Source: Bugula neritina (taxonomy: Eukaryota; Animalia; Bryozoa). From it: a stretch of 64,000 nucleotides of DNA. The first letter of the stretch is position 1. Every line of letters begins with the position of its first letter. Where the stretch lies: assembly GCA_964035545.1 (NCBI GenBank), contig OZ037767.1, forward strand, positions 32,132,628 through 32,196,627, written 5' to 3'. The notes beneath the pieces were generated by a model, which searched no databases, was not told where the DNA came from, and saw nothing but the letters and a program-made list of their open reading frames with translations. A program made the translations under genes and the position numbers. This document shows, in pieces, positions 55,385-64,000 of the stretch.

Positions 55385-56045
55385 CACTTTCATAGCACTC
55401 ACTTTCCTAGCACACACTCCTATAGCACACACTCCTATAGCACACACTCCTATAGCACACACTCCTATAGCATACACTTCTATAGCACACACTCCTATAG
55501 CACACACTCCTATAGCACACACTCCTATAGCACACACTCCTATAGCACACACTCCTATAGCACACACTCCTATAGCACACACTTCTATAGCACACACTCC
55601 TATAGCACACACTTCTATTGCATACACTCCTATAGCACACACTCCTATAGCAAATACTCTCATAGCACACACTTCTATAGCACACACTTCTATAGCACAC
55701 ACTCCTATAGCACACACTTCTATTGCATACACTCATATAGCACACACTCCTATAGCAAATACTCTCATAGCAAATACTCCTATAACACACAATCCTACAG
55801 CACACAATCCTATAGCACACACTCCTATAGCACACAATCCTACAGCACACAATCCTATAACACACACTTCTATAACACACACTCCTATAGCACACAATCC
55901 TATAGCACACACTTCTATAGCAAATACTCTCATAGCACACACTCCTATAGCACACACTTCTATAGCACACATTCCTATAGCACACACTTCTATAGCACAC
56001 ACTCCTATAGCACACACTTCTATAGCACACACTTCTATAGCACAA
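55385..56045. repeat. 15-nt minisatellite (cacacactcctatag)
   Basis: About 44 copies. Confidence 0.95.
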
Positions 56046-56457
56046 CCTCTTCTATTATAGCATAGACCTCTATAGCAAATAATTCGATAGCAAACACTAT
56101 TATAGTATATACTACTATAGCATAATATACTCCCATATAGCAAACACTTCCACTGTGATATGCTATGCCAATATAAATTCCCAGCTCACAAGTATAACTG
56201 TATAACCTAGCAATAACTTGGAGGGACACAATGGCTGGTCTGCTAATTCTTTCACCATAACAATTTATTAATTTGGCACCTTAAAGACAAATAAGATGTT
56301 TTCTATTTGTCTAATGAGCAATTGTTCACGTGTCTTTGAGTTTGGCAGTAACTCAGTGCAGATTTGTATTTCAACTAACATAACATTGCTGGGCGGACAT
56401 GTTTGGCAGCGTAAAGCTAGCACTACGAGTCTAACAGCTGTCTGCTTGAACGTCAGC

Positions 56458-56513
56458 ATGCAGGGCAGCTCTAAAAGGAGTTTCAGGGCAACAAGTTCTC
56501 TCATAGGCAAGCT
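56458..56513 (+). CDS. Candidate alternative first coding exon V5 (MQGSSKRSFRATSSLIGK)
   Basis: 18 codons +2 nt; AGCATG context; donor CT|GTAAGT; further in-frame ATGs upstream, from 56296. Confidence 0.55.
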
Positions 56514-57278
56514 GTAAGTCATTTTAAGTATTTAAAACATTATTTCTCTCATCATTATTTTTAGCAATGCTTAATTACCTGAACAGTGCTAGAACAGAAA
56601 CCATGAGTCATAGTCATAGTCTTTCATTATTTAATTAAACATAACAGTATATGACAGATCTTCAGCACCACCATTTCTATGCTGTCTGTCTGTGTGTCTA
56701 CTGTCTGTCTGTGTGTCTATAACTGTGTAAAGTACCAAGTATAGAGATTTTAATTATATACATATCTAAAGCATAAGGTGAGCAAATCTATAAATAACTG
56801 TGTGGCAACCTAATGCTACAGTTATGATTTATTTAAATTTCTAAATATTGTATTTCAATTAAAATTGATCAATATTTTATTCTGTATACTGTAATACGAG
56901 AGGCGATGGTGCCAGCCACTCGAAAACATAGCCACGTGTTTCAACTTAACGCAGATTGCGTCGCCTATAGCAAATGCCCTCACAGCTTTCAGATTTCGTT
57001 TTCTAAAAAAATAAAGCTAACGTTTTTCACGCATGATTACCAAGTTGCTATCCAATCCTTTGCTTGTTGTTTTTTGAAAAGTTTTCAATATAGAAATTGA
57101 TTCAGGAAACACAGCCCCGGGCGATCAGGAAAATCACTTCAAATTGTTTCAACATATCGCCAATAACTCTCACCCCAAAGAGCAAAGTTATTGAGCAGCC
57201 TAAAAGTATTCTTTTCTGATTACCCTCACCAGTCACTCGGTGATGTACTGCATAGTGTAGCAGAAAGAGAGATATAGC

Positions 57279-57403
57279 ATGTTTAAAAAGATTGCAGGAA
57301 AGGCGAGAGAAAGTGTCACACCAACTAAGGGTGCTGCCAGAGAAAGTGCTGGCCAATCACGGCACAGCAGCAGCGCAAAAGCTCTAATCAAAGTTCTGCA
57401 TGA
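57279..57403 (+). CDS. Candidate alternative first coding exon V6 (MFKKIAGKARESVTPTKGAARESAGQSRHSSSAKALIKVLH)
   Basis: 41 codons +2 nt; AGCATG context; donor GA|GTGAGT; in-frame TAG upstream at 57258-57260. Confidence 0.6.
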
Positions 57404-58250
57404 GTGAGTTTTAAACAGAGGTCTTGTTTAGAAACAGTTTAATTTTAATTTTACTTGTATTTCCTTCTTACTCTATCGTAGCTTTATTTATTACTGTCAC
57501 TTTATCTTTCACTGTTAAGGTGCTTGATTGCGTATTTAACCAACAAGGGAAGAGCAACTCAAAATTTTATTTAGAGTACAACTGTTTTAAACTTAAATCT
57601 TCACTTTGTTTCATAACATGGACATTATTCATTGTATTGTTAAGCAAGCTTTTACTCAGAATATTGACAGAATGCACACAAATATTTTACTTCCACACGG
57701 AGAAAATTGTACAATTAAATTACTTCAAGTTTTTCCTATAATTCTGAGTCATGCATGGTATAGTCATAGTCCTAGACATAGTATAGTAATGGTAAAGCGT
57801 AATATATATGACTCCACAAGTAGTTGATGCTGTCACTATCTACCAATACTTGTGGTAAATTGAGTTCTAATAAAGAAAAAGTCTTATAGTACATACAGTA
57901 CATGACTGAATGAGTGAGTGTTTAGCTAAACTTGTTAACAACGCTGATTGTAAAATGTACGATAAGAGAAAATAATATTATATATGTTCTATAACTCTTA
58001 TCATTTTGAATATAAGACTAAGTTGCTAAGGTATGCCACACGCTGTAGTCATTACGTTGAGGTATCTACTTGACTTCACCCAGTCTCATAGTCTGCAGTC
58101 TTTAGCACTAGTTGCTCTTTTCTCTCCTTCTAGTGGCGTCAGGCTTTTGCATATTTGGGTCCTCTCCTTGAATATTAAAAGTAATTATTGAGTTGAAAAT
58201 TGGAATCAGCTAAACGGGAAAAGAAGGTGTATAGAACTAAGAGAAGCAGC

Positions 58251-58456
58251 ATGTCTGGGCGTAAGTTAAAGGGACCGGTCAACACTCTTCTCTCCGCTGA
58301 GAATTCTATCTCCACCGCGAGCAGACGGCTCTCAGCTCCCATACGAGATAAACTCAGTGGGGGGAGAAAGCTGACTCATGCTGCCTTAACTGACCTTAGC
58401 AGTGTTGCTAGCTCTTTCTTGTCTCCTAGAGATTTGAGACTGACACCAAAGACTGG
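58251..58456 (+). CDS. Candidate alternative first coding exon V7 (MSGRKLKGPVNTLL...DLRLTPKT)
   Basis: 68 codons +2 nt; AGCATG context; donor GG|GTAGGT. A strong acceptor ctcttttctctccttctag at 58133 is followed by an in-frame TGA (58194-58196), i.e. a UTR+start exon. Confidence 0.6.
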
Positions 58457-58978
58457 GTAGGTTGATGCAACTAATTATTTCAAATTCCTTAAACAATATT
58501 GAGTGAATTGCTGAATACATAGTAAGAGGCCTTTAGTACACAGGCTATATCCCTGACCTACTAGGGAAGGTGATTGGGCTGAAGCTTACAGGATTATAGA
58601 GGGGGAGGTTTATGTTACTTGAGCACAACTCTTTCTCTCCTTCTCATACACTGTGTTATATTGTTTACTAGACTTGTGCAGTTCTACATAATGTATGCAG
58701 GATACATATTAACAGTTAACACAGACTCTAGCATAAAGTCTCTTTATCTCTCATCTCTTATTTACATACACTGAATCAACTGCCTAAAGTAATTCTGTCC
58801 TCTGAATAAAGATTAGGTTTAAGAAATGTAATCCTCTACCCAATATAATGTCAACCATTCAAGAAAGCTTTAGCTAGACATAGTTTATAGGTTTCTCTAA
58901 ACCTGCTGGCAGCATACATAAAGGCAGCTGCCGCAGACACATATAGTCATTTAGTCACGAGCGCAAAGTTTTAGTAGC

Positions 58979-59094
58979 ATGGCTAGTCCGCAGTCAAAAA
59001 GGTCTCGACTCAATGTTGTGGATGACTCATTGAGTAGAGGATCTCCTGTTGGCAGGTCTCGGACTACTAGTGCTGTGAGGTTGAACAGTGGAAG
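58979..59094 (+). CDS. Candidate alternative first coding exon V8 (MASPQSKRSRLNVVDDSLSRGSPVGRSRTTSAVRLNSG)
   Basis: 38 codons +2 nt; AGCATGG context; donor AAG|GTTTGA, with a second phase-2 GT 6 nt later. Confidence 0.55.
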
Positions 59095-59149
59095 GTTTGA
59101 GTTAGATATTTACTTAGTTTATATCTCTTACATCTAACACAGTATACTA

Positions 59150-59212
59150 TACTAACTGCTAACTAGGTAACTGCTAACTAGGTAACTGCTAACTAGGTAA
59201 CTGCTAACTAGG
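59150..59212. repeat. 15-nt repeat x4 (taactgctaactagg)
   Basis: Tandem copies. Confidence 0.85.
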
Positions 59213-60508
59213 GGCTGTAATACATTGCTTACCATTATAAAATAACTTAGTTTCTAGGAATATTATGTTTGTACGTGTTTTTTAAGGGTTAGCAAAACAA
59301 ATTTATGCCAAAGTGGTAATTTGCTTATGATAAATAATAACACTCAGGCTCAATGCTTAAATTTGTGATATTTTAGTAAAAATTCAAGTGTGGTAGCATC
59401 ATTTTCAATTTTAATTGGTGTTAAAATAATAATAATTTAATTACTTTAAAAACATTGTAGAAAACCTCTTGAATCGCCTAATTAACTTAATTCAACTTAG
59501 CACTCTCTTTTATAATATTTAAAAGTTTGCTGAGATCGAATGATATTTGGTTATCTGCTAATATATCCTTTGAGAACAAAAGCTAATCATAATATCCCGA
59601 CATTATGATATTTAGATGTTCCACATGCAAGATTACTGTTGTTGCTCCCTGCTCCCTGCTCTCGGCAGTGGCTGGTCATGGTGACATTATATAGAATGTT
59701 ATTTAAAGCTATATATTTTATAGAGCAGACAACCCTTAGACAGAAATACATACTACCATCACGCTAGTAGCGTTTATCCTTCACTGTTGCTAAAACATAT
59801 TTTTACTTCAATTTGCTAAACCCATCTTTGGTCTATATAGCCCAGTTCTTATTCACCCCACAATCTACACTCTATTGAGTTCAAAGCTGACATAACTATA
59901 AGCTGCCAAGTAGAAGGCAGCACTTCTCTTCTCGCTGTCCACCTGCAGCTAATACTTAGATCATTATTAAAGTCTATAAAGTATTGATTGCTGTGAATGT
60001 TTTATCAAACAATTCGCTGCTAAAAGCTACATGTGGTGTTGCTATGTTCTAATTCTCCAATACTTATAAAACAAACAAATATCCCTCTTAAGAAAACACT
60101 CTTTCCATTCATTAGTCTACAATTTCTTCAAATCAACAATTAACATGTGAATGAGTAACTAATTTCTCACCAATTAGACGTGAAGGCAGCAGCTCACTTC
60201 ACATAAGACTCTCTCTAAGAAAGCAGCAGAAAAGATAAAACTGCCGCAATATTTCCTTTCGCTTGAGGAAAGTTAATTCCCGGTGCTGATATCCCTGGGA
60301 AGTGGTGAACTCTTGACCTTACAAGCAAGTTCAGTCTTATATCAGGACAGAGCAGGGAGTCAATCATCAGAACAGAGTGACTGGAGCAAATCCAGTGGCT
60401 GATTGGTTATAACCTGAAACTGGAGAGCAGCGTTCTAATTGGTTACGTGACAGGAAGTAGCTAAGGGACAGGAAATAGTTAAGTGACAGGAAGTAGCTAA
60501 AGGACAGA

Positions 60509-60639
60509 ATGGATGCGCTGCCTCCAGCCAGTCAGAGACAAGTAACCAAAGACAAACACCGCGGATCTATCAGCAGACCAGCAGCAGACCTGAATCAAAG
60601 AAGAGACAGTTTGGATAAATACAACAAGTCTAAAGACAG
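60509..60639 (+). CDS. Candidate alternative first coding exon V9 (MDALPPASQRQVTKDKHRGSISRPAADLNQRRDSLDKYNKSKD)
   Basis: 43 codons +2 nt; donor CAG|GTCAAG or AAG|GTAGTT at 60646, both phase 2; in-frame TAG upstream at 60494-60496. Confidence 0.55.
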
Positions 60640-60827
60640 GTCAAGGTAGTTAATGGACCAATCAAGTGTCTTCTACATTCAGTTCAGGTTATCCAACCAA
60701 TACCCATGTTCTTTTACAAAACTCTCCATATTGGTCAGGCATTGGGTTATGGAATTTTTCTGATATTTGTTTGCTTTCTTGGTCTTTTAATCATTTCATG
60801 GCAGATTAAACATTTAGATGCTTTAAT

Positions 60828-61036
60828 TTTGTTTTAGTATTGCTATAGGTTTCCTCAAGGGGGGGGTTATGTTTTAGTATTGCTATAGGTCCCCTCAAGG
60901 GGGGGGTTATGTTTTAGTATTGCTATAGGTCCCCTCAAGGGGAGGGGTTATGTTTTAGTATTGCTATAGGTCCCCTCAAGGGGAGGGGGGTTATGTTTTA
61001 GTATTGCTATAGGTCCCCTCAAGGGGAGGGGGGGTT
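60828..61036. repeat. 40-44-nt repeat x5 with G-tracts
   Basis: gttttagtattgctataggtcccctcaaggg(g/a)nttat. Confidence 0.9.
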
Positions 61037-61310
61037 AATCCCTTGTTGATTGCTATGATTTTTCTTAGCTTCTATACCTCCTTAAATTTGAATTTTGCAG
61101 TGAAATCAAAGCACTTCTATTATTGTTAGTCCTCTAGCATTAGAGATTAAATCCTCAGACAGCGTCCCTCTCTTCCCCTTTCACCTCTTTAGCATGGTAT
61201 TGTAGCTTTGGTTTAGTGACTTTACCTCATTGAGGATGTACCTATATCTCACGCAGGTTGTGTTTCCCCATCACATATTCTATGATATACTCTATGGTAG
61301 ATTATAGAGT

Positions 61311-61760
61311 GGTGTCATCTCACTTAGACGCTTCCCAGTTAGACGCTATTTATTTATTTTGGTGCAATATGTATTTTATGTGCAATTTATTTTAATATCA
61401 TTGAAATAAATGTATGTTTAAATAAACTTGGATCAATTGTTTGCTATTTAGTACATAAATAAATTTTTTTGATCTGCATTAACTTATTAATTTTGCATAT
61501 TCTATACTTTTTGTTGTTTGAAAAAAATATTCCGTTAACAAATATTCATTAAAAATAATGTCTATTATTAATGTATTACTGTTTTTTGCCCCACACAAAT
61601 CTGCAAAAATTAGGCTATTATTCCAGATAATTTTTATTAGCTATTATAGCTATTATAAGCATGTATTAGCTATTTAGCAATCAACACACCAGTTATAATG
61701 TAAAAAATAGCGTCTAACTGGGAAGTGTCTAAGTAGGAAGTGTCTATCTGGGATGAAACC
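61311..61760. mobile_element. Non-autonomous DNA transposon (MITE), 450 bp
   Basis: Left end ggtgtcatctcacttagacgcttcccagttagacgctatt is the imperfect inverse of right end aatagcgtctaactgggaagtgtctaagt...tgggatgaaacc. Flanked by near-identical direct repeats tatagagt (61303-61310) and catagagt (61761-61768). AT-rich non-coding interior. Confidence 0.75.
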
Positions 61761-62186
61761 CATAGAGTATATTATATTACATGTCGTATTTACATAACTT
61801 GTGTATATAGTAGACAGATAGGCTGACATACACACATAGTTGAGACTTTGACTAAGTTCCGTATTGTTGTTGGGGGGGGGGGGTATTTGATGAGCCCCAT
61901 GACTGTGATTACAAAATAATCAATACTCTTCAGACAATAAGCTTCTGTATAGAAACATAGATGCAATTTTTGATTGATATTATCTATTGTTTCATCAATA
62001 CGTGCTGATTGTTGGCCAGTTCAGTGTTAGCGTGGCAAGTTACAGTCACCTGGATACTGCCGCACTCATCAGATAGAAGGGTTTATACGACAGGAGTAGA
62101 TGAGTGACGGCCACCGGGTTATTCTACTGCTTGCATACAGGAAGTAAACGAGTTTACTAAAACAACTGACAGACTTGCTTTGAGCC

Positions 62187-62515
62187 ATGAGTGCACATCC
62201 CAGAAGTGTGACACAGATCGGGCGTTACCAAAACGCCCGCAAGAAAAGCAGAGATGAAGTGTTTCACCGACTAAGCAGATGGTACCCCTCTGTCTCGGAC
62301 ACCCCTGAGGAGGCCATCCTTCTGATGGTGAATGGAGGCAGCAGTCTCTCTGGAGCCGGCAGCACTCTGCCACCAAAGTCCCGAGTTGATCAGTACGTGC
62401 TGAGGACAGAGTCCAGAGTACAGTCAGTCTTAGAGACTCCGGACGTTATTTCAGAGTCACTCACTAAACCAGAAGGAGGAAAAATATCTAAGCTATTGCA
62501 GTTTAGTATGAAAGA
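62187..62515 (+). CDS. Candidate alternative first coding exon V10 (MSAHPRSVTQIGRYQ...KLLQFSMK)
   Basis: 109 codons +2 nt; GCCATG context; in-frame TGA at 62181-62183; donor GA|GTGAGC. Confidence 0.6.
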
Positions 62516-63323
62516 GTGAGCTACTTAAATTTATATACTAACAGCAAGTCTATAAGCTGAGTATAATAGGCAACACTGAGTTGTAAAATGTAGTTCACAT
62601 CAAATAACTTTATGGGTATGTTTACGTGCTATGCACTTGACTCTGTGAAGAAAGCCATAACTTGTAAACACAGTCAGTATTCTCACGTATTATATGTTAG
62701 GTTAGGCGGGACAATTTAGCTGTTGGTGTTGAAATTTGACTTTGATCACTACAGTTATTAACTAGGGTAACTGCATCTTGAAGCAATAAACTTTTGAACT
62801 GATTGTTATATTGGTGGAATAAGTAGAATTTACTATAAAAAATTATATGAAACAATAATTATCTTGTTTGAGCTATAAATAATGTGTGATTTGGCTTACC
62901 CATCCTGAACGTATCTGTATATAACACTGACAGTTTGGCAATTACTACATGCTTATTTTGTTGTAATTAAATTAGCAAACAAGCTATCAACCACTAACTA
63001 TTTTTAGTCATGTCTATTTCCACGTTTAAAGGGGGTAAAAGAACATTAAATAAAATAGTCCAGCGCCATAGTTTTCACAAAACTTCAAAATTATTGTTGG
63101 CTTCGACGAACTTAGGTGAAGTATTTTTGCTCAATTAAGAGTTGTGCACACTTGATTGTACTACAAAATGCGCATGCGTAAAATCAGTTGTATAAAATAT
63201 TACTGGGCAACGGATGAAATGGACACGAGATTCATCGTGCTATGCTAGTAATCTTTTTGAACAACTTAAATTTGTGTTCACAAAATTTTTCTTTATAATT
63301 GATAACACTTGATGGTTTTGAAT

Positions 63324-63385
63324 ATGCCTGCCAAAACTCCCAAAAGAGTAGAATCTAGAATGAATTCTGCAGCTCGAGGGCATGA
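63324..63385 (+). CDS. Candidate alternative first coding exon V11 (MPAKTPKRVESRMNSAARGH)
   Basis: 20 codons +2 nt; donor GA|GTAAGC. Confidence 0.5.
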
Positions 63386-64000
63386 GTAAGCATTAATTCA
63401 TAATTGACAACCAGTCACTGTCAGAACTTAAGTGAACGTAAACCGTAAACGGCGTAAACGTAGAGGTAGCATTCGATTCTAACTTCCAAGACCATAGTTA
63501 TACTTACAGTAATTGTTATTGTGGTTGTGTGAATGAGTATCGGAATGATTGGGCTGCTTATTTTTTCTGTGATGAAATTTAACTTCAAGTGCGAGTCACT
63601 TTTAGTTTTAGTGTGAGGAATTTTAATTTAAAAATGACACTCATTCCGAGCTGGCCGACAACTAACAATCACCGTGCCATTGTGATAGCTAAACTTACGG
63701 TAATAATTGTTATAAGTTATTTTCTAATTCAGTAATTTTAGTTCTCAGGGCTAAAATTTGCTGCAATATAAAAATTTAGTTTTTGCTCAAGATCTAGATT
63801 AGGTTGTTACTCTTATCTATGATTATGATAAGGTTATTGTCATTATGATTATGTAGTTGAATAGATAGCTGATCAGCTCGAAGATAACCCTAATTTAGCT
63901 AGAATAGACTTTAGAATAAGAATAATTAGTACGTCAATGTATGATCGTGTGTTTTTAACTCCTAAGAGCTCTACAAATCTCATTACTGCCTACTCACCTC

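Noticed and set aside
56906-57100. 64-aa ATG ORF (MVPATRKHSH...) as another variable exon
   Set aside because: No convincing phase-2 donor, and composition is unlike the other candidates
63400-64000. Possible dispersed repeat or transposon fragment
   Set aside because: No terminal repeats or coding similarity can be demonstrated within the window

Overview
AT-rich, intron-dense animal (probably invertebrate) genomic DNA, not prokaryotic. Most long ORFs in the supplied track are translations of intronic tandem repeats. Manual GT-AG splicing with phase checks gives six complete genes: (1) SMARCAD1/Fun30 chromatin remodeller (+, 2249-13606, 16 coding exons, 813 aa); (2) a secreted protein with a mucin-like stalk and three IgGFc-binding-protein N-terminal-type modules (+, 14775-30822, 31 exons, 1724 aa); (3) a 3-exon, 48-aa secreted antistasin-type protease inhibitor that the ORF track misses (-, 32591-33232); (4,6) two paralogous AVT1/Aa_trans-family amino-acid transporters with matching exon structure (-, 34145-38071 and 46014-49904); (5) a secreted PAN/Apple-domain protein between them (+, 40725-43683). 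The most striking feature is in the last 12 kb: 11-12 short, mutually dissimilar, ATG-initiated + strand exons that all end in a phase-2 splice donor. This looks like a large array of alternative first coding exons for a gene whose constant exons lie beyond the window. A second pattern is that many introns carry their own private minisatellite, and several of these are amplified copies of the adjacent exon/intron junction, creating runs of decoy or alternative splice sites. A 450-bp MITE is also present. All gene models are read by eye, with no transcript or database support.
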